Shown here one piece after another: positions 27,091 through 35,587 of a stretch of DNA of 64,000 nucleotides (its first letter is position 1; every line of letters starts with the position of its first letter). The position numbers and the translations under genes are program-made. The stretch is taken from contig DASTNZ010000040.1 of the NCBI GenBank assembly GCA_035762665.1, forward strand, positions 15,060 through 79,059. Reading direction: 5' to 3'. This stretch comes from Jiangellaceae bacterium. GTDB taxonomy: Bacteria > Actinomycetota > Actinomycetes > Jiangellales > Jiangellaceae. Under the pieces are notes generated by a model that saw nothing but the letters and a program-made list of their open reading frames with translations, ran no database searches and was not told the origin of the DNA.

Positions 27091-28934
27091 AGCCCGACCC
27101 CATACTGGTCGAGATCGTCGTGGGTTACCTGGCCTCCGTCGAGCAAGAGGTCGAAACCGCGATCGGGCGCACAGCACGGTCTCCGATGATCCGGGACGCG
27201 CACGACTACCGGGCCGGCATCCATGACCGCAAGCTGCGCAAGCTCACCGGGCGGTCGTACTCGGCGCTCGTCCATCCGGTGGTGCGCGACTACCCCATGG
27301 ACACGATGAAGCCGGGGGACGTGTACTTCCACAACGACGTCTATCTCTCCGAGGGCGGCATCGGGCATCTGCCGGACCTGTGCGTGACCGTGCCGGTCTT
27401 CCATGAGGGTGCCGTCGTAGCCTTCGTGCAAGCCTTCGGTCACCACGACGACATCGGCGGGACCGTGCCGGGCTCGATGCCTTCACATGCGACCAGCGTG
27501 TACGAGGAAGGCCTGATGGTGCCGCCGATCAAGCTGTGGGCCGAGGGCGTGCCGAACGAGGCCGCGCTGAAGATAATGACGCGCAACTCGCGGATGCCCG
27601 AGTCGCTGGCGGCCGATCTGGATGCCGAGTGCGCTGCCTGCCTGATGGGCGCCCGGCGGATGGCCGAACTCTTCGACCGTTACGGCCGGGCAACGGTCGA
27701 GGCATGCTTTGACGCGATCATCGACAACACCACCGAGACGTTCCACCGCGAAGTGCTGGCCAAGATCCCGGAAGGGACGTACGTCTGGGAGGACTACGCC
27801 GAGCACGACGGTGTCGACCCACCCCGGCTGCATACCCAGCGGATCACGCTGACCAGGGAGCCGGACCGGCTGGTGCTTGACTTCAGCGGCACCAGCCCGC
27901 AGGCCAAGGGCCCGATCAACCACGCGGGCAACTACGCCGACGGGGTGTTCCTGAAGAAGTGGCTAGCGCCCATCCTGCGCAACCTGGTCGACTCTCCGGA
28001 GCGGAGCGCCGAACTCGACGTCAACGAGGGCGTCGTACCGCTGATCGAGATGCGGTTCCCACCGCCCGGAACGCTGCTCACGCCGGTTTTCCCTGCGCCG
28101 ACCAATGCCCGCACCTTCGTGATCCTGCGCCTGCTTGGTGTGCTCGCCGGTGTGCTGGCCAAGGCGGTAGGCGGGCGGATGCCGGCCGACCAGGAGACCA
28201 TCCGCTACACCGGGGTGTACGGGACGGACGTCGGGGGGCAGCCATACCTGATGCGCGAGGTGCTCGGCGGCGGATCCGGTGGACGCCCGTACGCCGACGG
28301 CGAGGACACCATCCACGTCGTCCCCGACTCACGGAATCTGCCGGCCGAGTTCAGCGAGTCGCGATTCCCGTTTGTCGTCGAGCGGCTGGAGCTGGCGGTC
28401 GACTCTGGCGGACCGGGCCGTTACCGGGGTGGGCTGGGCTACGAGAAACACATCCGGATGCTCCGCGACGCCAACTTCATGTCGATCGCCGACCGGTCGA
28501 TCCTGTCCTGCTGGGGCGTGGCCGGCGGGCGGGCCGGGCGGCCGTTCTCGGTTACCGTCGACCCGGGCGGGCCGCGCGAGCGTGAGGTGGACGCGCTGGC
28601 GGACGCCGAACCGGTGGTCGCGGGTGAGGTGATCCGGATCCAGACGACCGGCGGCGGTGGCTGGGGGGACGCGCTGGACCGCCCCGTCGACGACGTGCTG
28701 CGGGATCTGCGCTGGGGCAAGGTGTCCGTCGCTGGTGCCCTGGCCGACTACGGGGTCGTCGTGACCGGCGATCCGGACGATCCGGTACTGGATGACGCAG
28801 CGACGGCGGCTCTGCGGGATGAGCTGCGGTCACAACGTACGGGCGGCGAGCCGTTCTTCGATCGCGGGCCAGGCTACGCCCGTCTTTCCGGCGGACTGTC
28901 GGCAGCCGACGTCGACTACCTCCCACCACGCTGA
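27087..28934 (+). CDS. Hydantoinase B/oxoprolinase family protein (HyuB-like subunit)
   Basis: 615 aa. GTGA overlap with hyuA-like. DPILVEIV..L....EE N-terminus and GGGGWGD near the C-terminus are typical of HyuB. Confidence 0.9.
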   Translation: MKPDPILVEIVVGYLASVEQEVETAIGRTARSPMIRDAHDYRAGIHDRKLRKLTGRSYSALVHPVVRDYPMDTMKPGDVYFHNDVYLSEGGIGHLPDLCVTVPVFHEGAVVAFVQAFGHHDDIGGTVPGSMPSHATSVYEEGLMVPPIKLWAEGVPNEAALKIMTRNSRMPESLAADLDAECAACLMGARRMAELFDRYGRATVEACFDAIIDNTTETFHREVLAKIPEGTYVWEDYAEHDGVDPPRLHTQRITLTREPDRLVLDFSGTSPQAKGPINHAGNYADGVFLKKWLAPILRNLVDSPERSAELDVNEGVVPLIEMRFPPPGTLLTPVFPAPTNARTFVILRLLGVLAGVLAKAVGGRMPADQETIRYTGVYGTDVGGQPYLMREVLGGGSGGRPYADGEDTIHVVPDSRNLPAEFSESRFPFVVERLELAVDSGGPGRYRGGLGYEKHIRMLRDANFMSIADRSILSCWGVAGGRAGRPFSVTVDPGGPREREVDALADAEPVVAGEVIRIQTTGGGGWGDALDRPVDDVLRDLRWGKVSVAGALADYGVVVTGDPDDPVLDDAATAALRDELRSQRTGGEPFFDRGPGYARLSGGLSAADVDYLPPR

Positions 28935-29028
28935 TCATGCAAAAGCCGGGCGACACGCCCAAATGTCGGCTTCGCGACAGCCGCTCGAGATGGTCAAAAC
29001 GGCGTGTCGCCCGGCTTTTGCGTGATCA
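28932..29028. repeat. Palindromic element family B, copy 1 (about 97 bp, 28-bp inverted arms)
   Basis: TGATCATGCAAAAGCCGGGCGACACGCC-(41 nt)-GGCGTGTCGCCCGGCTTTTGCGTGATCA, with one mismatch. The left arm begins with the TGA stop of the HyuB-like gene. Confidence 0.9.
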
Positions 29029-29053
29029 ACGCAGTTGGGGAGGGGCGTGATGG

Positions 29054-30004
29054 TTGACTGTGCACACCATGAGGGTCCTTATCGCGTTAGGCGGGAACGC
29101 CATGACCGCTCCGGACGGCCGCGCGCGCCCGGAGGATCAGATCGCCGCCGTCGAGAGAGCCGTCGAACCGGTGGCTGAATTGGTCGCCGAAGGCGAGGAC
29201 GTCGTGCTCACTCACGGCAATGGGCCACAGGTGGGCAACCTCCTAGTCAAGAACGAGCTGGCGGCTGCCGTCGTCCCGCCAGTGACCCTTGACTGGTGCG
29301 GAGCCCAGACACAGGGCACGATCGGCTTCATGCTCGTCAACGCGCTCGAGCACGCGCTGGCAGTCAGGAGCATCGACCGGCGGGTGGCCGCCGTGGTGAC
29401 ACGCACCAGGGTGGACGCGCATGATCGCGCGTTCGACCACCCCACCAAGCCGATCGGGCGCTACCTGCCGGCAGCAGAAGCGCAGGCGATGATCGAGCAC
29501 GGCCAGAACTGGGAGGATCGAGGTGTGCGCGGCTGGCGGCGTGTCGTGGCGAGTCCAGAGCCCTTGGAGATTTTGGACGCACCGGCCGTGTCGGCCCTGA
29601 TCGCCGCGGGCTTCGTCGTGGTGGCCGCTGGCGGTGGGGGAGTTCCGGTCGTCCGCGAGGCGGACGGCACAATCAGCGGTGTCGAGGCAGTCATCGACAA
29701 AGATCTCGCGGCGGCGGTGCTCGGCCATACCGTCGGCGCCGACATCCTGGTCATCGCGACGGATGTCGACCACGTGATGCTCGGCTACGGCACAGACGAC
29801 GCCAAAGCTGTCGAGCGGGCGGACGTCCGGACGATGCGCGGCTACGCCGCAGAGGGCCATTTCGCCGCCGGCAGCATGGGCCCCAAAGTCGAGGCCGCCT
29901 GCCGGTTCGTCGAGCAGGGCGGCCACCGGGCCGTCATCACGTCGCTTGACCGGATTGCCGCTGCCGTGCGCGGCGAGGCGGGAACCGAGATCATTCTTGG
30001 GTAA
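29054..30004 (+). CDS. arcC: Carbamate kinase
   Basis: ALGGNAM...THGNGPQVG N-terminal motifs, about 310 aa. TTG 29054 follows GGAGGGG; alternative ATG at 29069. Confidence 0.85.
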   Translation: MTVHTMRVLIALGGNAMTAPDGRARPEDQIAAVERAVEPVAELVAEGEDVVLTHGNGPQVGNLLVKNELAAAVVPPVTLDWCGAQTQGTIGFMLVNALEHALAVRSIDRRVAAVVTRTRVDAHDRAFDHPTKPIGRYLPAAEAQAMIEHGQNWEDRGVRGWRRVVASPEPLEILDAPAVSALIAAGFVVVAAGGGGVPVVREADGTISGVEAVIDKDLAAAVLGHTVGADILVIATDVDHVMLGYGTDDAKAVERADVRTMRGYAAEGHFAAGSMGPKVEAACRFVEQGGHRAVITSLDRIAAAVRGEAGTEIILG

Positions 30005-30025
30005 CGGAGAGGTGGAACCAAGGTC

Positions 30026-31126
30026 ATGCCCGAACCCATCGAGGTCCGCAAGCTTCCGCTCAAGCACGTCAGCGACGCGTCGGGGCTCGCCGAGCTGATC
30101 GATGACGGGGTGCTTGAGGCCGACCGGGTCATCGCGGTAGTCGGCAAGACGGAGGGTAACGGCGGAGTCAACGATTACACGCGGATCATCGCCGACCGGG
30201 CTTTCCGCGAGGTACTGACCGAAAAGGGTTCCCGCTCTCCCGACGAGATCAGGCAGGTGCCTATCGTCTGGTCCGGCGGCACCGACGGGGTCCTTAGCCC
30301 GCACGCGACGGTGTTCGCCACGACGAATCGAGCCGAGCCGACCGACGAGCCGCGGCTGACCGTTGGTATCGCGATGAGCGAGCCGATCCTGCCCGAGGAG
30401 ATCGGCCGGCGTGGAATGATCGACAAGGTGGCGGCCGGCGTGCGTACGGCCATGGAACGCGCCGGCATCACTGACCCGGCTGACGTCCATTACGTGCAGA
30501 CCAAGACGCCCTTGCTGACTATCGATACCATCCGGGACGCCAAGTCTCGCGGCCAAACGGTGTGGACTGAGCACACGCTCGAGTCGATGGACCTGTCCAA
30601 CGGCTGCACCGGCCTGGGCATCGCGGTCGCGCTGGGCGAGATCGATATGCCGTCGGATGAGGACGTGATGCGCAACCGCGGTCTGTACTCGTCCGTGGCG
30701 TCGTGCTCGTCTGGTGTCGAGCTGGACCGGGCGCAGGTCGTCGTGGTCGGCAACGCTCGAAGAATCGGGGGGCGGTACCGAATCGGGCATTCGGTAATGC
30801 GGGACGCGCTGGACGCGGACGGCATCTGGGCCGCAATTCGGAACGCCGGTCTGGACCTTCCCGACCGTCCCCATCCGGACGATCTCGGCGGCCGGCTGGT
30901 CAACGTATTCCTCAAGTGTGAGGCAAGCCTGGACGGCATGGTGCGTGGCCGCCGCAACGCCATGCTGGATGATTCCGACGTGCACTGGCACCGCCAGATC
31001 AAGGCTTGCGTGGGTGGTGTAGCCGCTTCGGTGACCGGCGACCCGGCCGTGTTCGTGTCGGTTTCCGCCGCCCATCAAGGCCCGGACGGCGGCGGTCCAG
31101 TGGCCGCCATCGTGGACCTGGGCTGA
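30026..31126 (+). CDS. Ring-opening amidohydrolase, cyanuric acid hydrolase/barbiturase (AtzD/TrzD) family
   Basis: 366 aa. [17 protein letters not shown] and WSGGTDGV match the family motifs as I recall them. Size and the three-part repeat-like layout fit. Confidence 0.8.
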   Translation: MPEPIEVRKLPLKHVSDASGLAELIDDGVLEADRVIAVVGKTEGNGGVNDYTRIIADRAFREVLTEKGSRSPDEIRQVPIVWSGGTDGVLSPHATVFATTNRAEPTDEPRLTVGIAMSEPILPEEIGRRGMIDKVAAGVRTAMERAGITDPADVHYVQTKTPLLTIDTIRDAKSRGQTVWTEHTLESMDLSNGCTGLGIAVALGEIDMPSDEDVMRNRGLYSSVASCSSGVELDRAQVVVVGNARRIGGRYRIGHSVMRDALDADGIWAAIRNAGLDLPDRPHPDDLGGRLVNVFLKCEASLDGMVRGRRNAMLDDSDVHWHRQIKACVGGVAASVTGDPAVFVSVSAAHQGPDGGGPVAAIVDLG

Positions 31127-31133
31127 CCGCCAA

Positions 31134-31176
31134 CTTGAGACGATCCACAGCATCGGACGCTGTGGATCGTCTCAAG
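31134..31176. repeat. Palindromic element family A, copy 2
   Basis: CTTGAGACGATCCACAGC-(7 nt)-GCTGTGGATCGTCTCAAG, perfect 18-bp arms. It lies between the convergent ring-opener and sigma factor genes. Confidence 0.9.
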
Positions 31177-31189
31177 AAGCGCTGGTCTG

Positions 31190-31978
31190 TCAGGCGGCGA
31201 TGTGGCGCTCGCGCCGCCCCTTGGACCTGTCCTCGCCGTCGAGCCACTCCGGCGGCAGATCGACATCGTCGACGAAGTAGTCCCGCAATCGTGTCAGAGT
31301 GCGGGTCAGCAGTCGCGAGACGTGCATCTGTGAGATGTTCAGCTCCTCAGCGATCTCACGCTGGGTCCGCTCGCCGAAGAACCGCAAGGTGAGCATGCGC
31401 CGCTCGCGCGCCGGCAGCCGGGCGATCACCTTGCGCAGCGACTCGCGGGCCTCGACATCGTCGAGCGCAGTCTCCTCGGAACCGAGCCGCTCGCCGATGG
31501 TCGGACCGCCGGGTTCCTCCTTCATCGCCGGAGCGTCCAGGGACGTGGCGGAGTAGGCGGAGGCAGCGTCGAGTGCTTCGAGGACCTCTTCCTGGGTGAC
31601 CTCGAGCAGGTGGGCGATCTCGGCGACTGTGGGCGAGCGCCCGAGGCCGCGGGACAACTCGTCAACGGCGGCCTGCACTCGCAAGGTCAGCTCTTGCAGG
31701 CCTCGTGGTACCCGGACGGCCCAGCAGGCGTCCCGGAAATGACGGCGTAGCTCGCCGAGGATGGTCGGGACGGCGTACCGGGGGAAGTCTGTTCCGACTT
31801 CCGGATCGAACCGCTGGGCCGCCTTGACTAGGCCGAGCATGGCGACCTGCACCAGGTCTTCGAGGGGTTCGCCCCGGCCGGCATACCGGCTCGCGATTCG
31901 CCGGGCGAGCGGGATGTGCCGCTCAACGAGATCGTTGTAGTTCGGCAGTGTCGTCGATTCAGCAGTCTGCGTTGTCAC
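31190..31978 (-). CDS. RNA polymerase sigma factor, SigB/SigF/SigG (group 3) family
   Basis: Region 2 DLVQVAMLGLVKAAQRFDP, region 4 LTLRFFGERTQREIAEELNISQMHVSRLL. GTG start preceded by GAGGA. Confidence 0.9.
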   Translation of the reverse strand: MTTQTAESTTLPNYNDLVERHIPLARRIASRYAGRGEPLEDLVQVAMLGLVKAAQRFDPEVGTDFPRYAVPTILGELRRHFRDACWAVRVPRGLQELTLRVQAAVDELSRGLGRSPTVAEIAHLLEVTQEEVLEALDAASAYSATSLDAPAMKEEPGGPTIGERLGSEETALDDVEARESLRKVIARLPARERRMLTLRFFGERTQREIAEELNISQMHVSRLLTRTLTRLRDYFVDDVDLPPEWLDGEDRSKGRRERHIAA

Positions 31979-32082
31979 GATGAATCCTCAGGGTCGAGTA
32001 CCCCTACTCATTTTCCCTTGCCGGCTCCGATGCAAACTTATGATCACGCTTATAGAGGTCAGAGCGGCGTAAACCCTCCTCA

Positions 32083-32472
32083 TTAGTTATCCACGGTCCC
32101 GCCTTGCGCACCGTACCGCGAGCCTGCCATGGATCGTTCGTGCAGCTCGATGCGGGGGTTTGGTCCGAGGACGTGGTTGAGCACGGCGAGGCAGCATGCC
32201 GGCTTGTAAGTTCGCCAATTCTTCAGGAAATCAGAATCGACGAGACGATCGACAACCCGACATCGTGCGCAAACCGGGCGGCAGCCGCCACGATACCGTT
32301 GTGGCACCACTGGTTCGTGAGCAGGTTCTGACCTGCCGTACCTGGGTGGGCGCATCGCAGGTTCCAACAGACGACAGAGGAAGTCTGGTGGCCCAATGCC
32401 CTGGAAGTCGCGGACGTTGTCCAGCGCTACTGCACCTGGGTTAGCGCCTGGACGGTTGTGCTTAGCGGGCAC
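32083..32472 (-). other. Doubtful Cys-rich ORF (129 codons) in the low-GC gap between the STAS and sigma genes
   Basis: GTG start without RBS. Codon position 3 G+C is clearly lower than in flanking genes. Contains CRPVCARC (C-x3-C-x2-C). No family recognised. Confidence 0.15.
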
Positions 32473-32498
32473 GTGAGCAACTGGCCCGCAGCAGTTGG

Positions 32499-32843
32499 TC
32501 AGGAGCGCTTGGGTTCGTCAGGTCCCTGGGACCATCCCACTACCTGCAGCACCGGCCGTAGATGTGGTGCAAGATCCTTGAGCACGAGCCGTCGGTTCTG
32601 CCGGGCCAGCTGCCGAGATGCCTCCGCCAGCACGCGCATGCCGCTCACCTCGATAAAGGCCACCTGGCTGAGGTCCAGGTGGACGTCCCCACGGTGCGTA
32701 TCGACCGCTTGCGTCACGGCCGCGGTGAACTCTTCAAGGCTTCGAAAGTCGACGTCTCCGGCGATGGCCAGGCCTGGGGGATCGGTGATGCTGGTGATGC
32801 GGAGGGTCTTGGCGCTCGATGCCTCTCGACCCTCTGTGCTCAA
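32499..32843 (-). CDS. STAS-domain anti-sigma-factor antagonist (RsbV/SpoIIAA-like)
   Basis: 114 aa. ...LDLSQVAFIEVSGMRVL... is the typical STAS phospho-Ser loop context. Located downstream of the PP2C gene. Confidence 0.8.
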   Translation of the reverse strand: MSTEGREASSAKTLRITSITDPPGLAIAGDVDFRSLEEFTAAVTQAVDTHRGDVHLDLSQVAFIEVSGMRVLAEASRQLARQNRRLVLKDLAPHLRPVLQVVGWSQGPDEPKRS

Positions 32844-32867
32844 TGCCGTACGCCCTTACGCGACAGG

Positions 32868-34172
32868 TCAGTCATTGAGGTTCCCTCCAGATTGAGGGTG
32901 CTCCGGCACCCTTACGGCTAGAACGACGAGGTCATCGCGGAGTGCTTGGTCGTTTCCTGCTATGACCTTCCGGAGCATGTCGACCGCGTCTTGTGCAGAG
33001 CGTAACGGCTGGCCCTGCAGCGCCCGGCTGACCCCCTCTACGCCGAGCCACCCTTCTCCGGTCGGCAGGTCGGTCATCCCGTCGCTATAGAACAGTATCG
33101 TCTCCCCCGGCTCGAGCGTGATGGTCGTCGTCGAGAATTTCTGGTCCTCGAAGCTGCCGATGATCGTTCCCGAAGCGGTTACAGTTTCCACCGAGCCGTG
33201 GCGGATGGCAAGCGGCGGCGGGTGGCCGGCCAGTCCGATGGTGGCGTCCCACGATGCGCTGCCGCGGCGCGGGGCGAAATCGCCGTACGCGATCGTGCAG
33301 TACATGCCCTCCCCGCCGGCGGGATCACGGCGTACCGCTTCGTTCACCGCCGCGAGTACCTCCGCAGGCCCTGGTTCGACCACCGCAGCGGTACGCACGC
33401 TATATCGCGCCAGCGAGGTGAACGCTGCCGCCTCCACTCCCTTGCCGACCACGTCGCCGACGAAGATCCCCCACCGCTTGTCGTCGATCGGGAACACGTC
33501 GAAGAAGTCGCCGCCGACGTCGTCGGATGAGAACGGCTCGTAATAGAAGGCGAGGTCTAACCCCTGGATGTCGGGCAAGCGGGACGGTGTAAGCGTGTCC
33601 TGAAGAGTGTCTGCGATGTAGCTGATCCGTTGCGCCTCGGCGAGCAGCCGGTTGCGGGCCTCCTGCTCGACCTCGATCACGGTTACGGCCGCCCGGCGCA
33701 GCTCCAGCTGGTCGGTTACCAGACCGGCCAGCTCGTGCAGCATCGCCAGCTGGCTCGCGGCGGCGTAGCGGGGCTCAGTGTCCATCACGCTGACCGCACC
33801 GATCCGGTGCCCGTCCGACGTGCGGACTGGAGCAGCGGCATAGAACCGGATTCTCGGGCCGTCGGTGACCATGGGGTGATTTGCAGCCTGCGGGTCGGCG
33901 CGGGCATCGATCAGCACGTAGGTGCCCGATCGCTGCGCCGCCGTGACGCACAATCCCGGCAGGGCCGAGGCAGATGTGAGCTGCAGGCCGAACCGGCCTT
34001 TGAACCAGACTTGTTCGTCGCCGACGAAGCTCACCGCAGCAAGCGGGGTGTCGAAGATGCGCGCGGCAAGCCGGGAGACACGATCCAACGCCGTGTCAGG
34101 CCCACTGTGGAGGGCGAGGGCGCGTCGGACGGCGTCGAGGCGGTCGGCCTCGCGAATCCGGTCAGTGGTCAC
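32868..34172 (-). CDS. GAF-domain PP2C/SpoIIE-family serine phosphatase (RsbU/RsbP-like)
   Basis: N-terminal GAF-like region, a coiled linker, then PP2C motifs GGDFFDV, FVGDVVGKGVEAA, LFYSDGMTD. Confidence 0.85.
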   Translation of the reverse strand: MTTDRIREADRLDAVRRALALHSGPDTALDRVSRLAARIFDTPLAAVSFVGDEQVWFKGRFGLQLTSASALPGLCVTAAQRSGTYVLIDARADPQAANHPMVTDGPRIRFYAAAPVRTSDGHRIGAVSVMDTEPRYAAASQLAMLHELAGLVTDQLELRRAAVTVIEVEQEARNRLLAEAQRISYIADTLQDTLTPSRLPDIQGLDLAFYYEPFSSDDVGGDFFDVFPIDDKRWGIFVGDVVGKGVEAAAFTSLARYSVRTAAVVEPGPAEVLAAVNEAVRRDPAGGEGMYCTIAYGDFAPRRGSASWDATIGLAGHPPPLAIRHGSVETVTASGTIIGSFEDQKFSTTTITLEPGETILFYSDGMTDLPTGEGWLGVEGVSRALQGQPLRSAQDAVDMLRKVIAGNDQALRDDLVVLAVRVPEHPQSGGNLND

Positions 34173-34615
34173 GGGCCTCCTCCCCTTCCCTCACGCCGTG
34201 CGAACCCGATCCTAGCCCCGCATGCGCCGAAAGGACCGGGTGAGCGCGGAGTCGATCACGATGCGGCCCTACGCCTGAGATAAGATCTGGCCGCCCGAGG
34301 TGAGCACGTCGATCTGGCGCCGGTGACGTCAAACGGTATGACGCGTTTTCGACCGGTCGATGCGGGCGATATCACTGCGGCAGGGCAGGGGCGCGGGCAC
34401 CGGCCGGCATGATTTCGTCGGTCGACATGTTGTCGCTCGACTTGAGCACCGTCGTCGCCGTGAGGGGGTCCGACACCGGGTCCAAATCCGGCAGGGAGCC
34501 GACGCTCGGCCCCCGGTGGCTCAAGCATTGCGGTGTTAACGCTGGTCGTCTCGGGGAGTGCTGCACGTACCCGTGATCGCCTGCTCCACACCACGACCCG
34601 GACGTTTCGGCAGGT

Positions 34616-35587
34616 ATGCAACGGGCATCCGCAGGCGTGGATGAGCTGGACGTTATCGACGCCTATTGGCGGGCCGCGGACTGCCTATCGGCTGGACCGA
34701 TCTACCTGCTGGGCAACCCGCTGCTGCGCGAGCCGCTGGCTGCATACCACATCAAGCCGCGGTTGCTTAGTCACTGGGGGACGTGCCCGGGGCTGAACCT
34801 CATCTACGCGCACCTGAATCGGCTCATCCGTTCTCACGACCAGTTCACGGTCTTCATCGGCGGGCTGGGCCACAGTGGATCCGCGATGGTCGCCAACGCC
34901 TATCTGAAAGGAACGTTCAGCGAGGTCTATCCGCAGGTTGAACAAAGCGAGGACGGATTGCGGGAGTTGATGCACCGCTTCTCGTTTCCCGGCGGGATCG
35001 CGAACCATGTCGGTCCCGAAGTGCCCGGGTCGATCCACGAAGGCGGCGAGTCAGGTTATGCGCTCGCTTACGCCTATGGCGCCGCACTCGACAATCCCGA
35101 TCTGCTGGTCTGCTGTGTGATCGGGGACGGAGAGGTGCCGGGAGACCAGGACATGGCCGTGGACGGCCGCGTCATGGAGATCCTTTCCGAGCATCTGTGC
35201 CAAGGCTGGCTGGAGGGTTACCTACTGACGGGACGGCACGGGGTGTTCAATAGTTATGAGGCTTTCGTGCACATCATCGACTCGATGCTCAATCAGCGTG
35301 CCAAGTGGCTCAAGCTCTCCCGGGAGCTGCCGTGGCGCGAGCCGATTGCGTCCCTGAATTACCTGCTGTCTTCGCATCTGTGGCGGCTGCGTAGTCGGCA
35401 CCGGGTCAACGGCGTCGTCGCCGCGAAGAACGACGTTCCCGTTTGGCTGTCACCTGACGAGGCGATCGACCATCTCGGCATCGGTGCCTGGGAATGGGCC
35501 GGCACCGAACTCGCAGTGGAGCACACCCGCGAGTACGGCGATGACGTGCCAGAGATCCGCGACTGGACGTGGGCGGCGGCCCGATGA
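34616..35587 (+). pseudogene. Phosphoketolase relic with large internal deletions (323 codons versus about 800 expected)
   Basis: N-terminal DAYWRAA..L....IYLL.NPLLREPL...IKPRLLSHWGT.PGLN.IYAHLNR, FSFPGGI..H..PE.PGSIHEGGE.GY and GDGE are phosphoketolase signatures. The ORF then jumps to RVMEILSEHLCQGWLEGYLLTGRHG...AKWL...SLNYLLSSH and a short C-terminal piece. Confidence 0.75.

Noticed and set aside
34372-34566. Minus-strand fragment ...TTVLKSSDNMSTDEIMPAGA... resembling the swivel-domain motif of aconitase-family hydratases. It could be another gene relic in the 34.2-34.6 kb gap.
   Set aside because: Only about 20 residues resemble the motif and the similarity does not continue in any frame. 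That is too little to call without a profile search.
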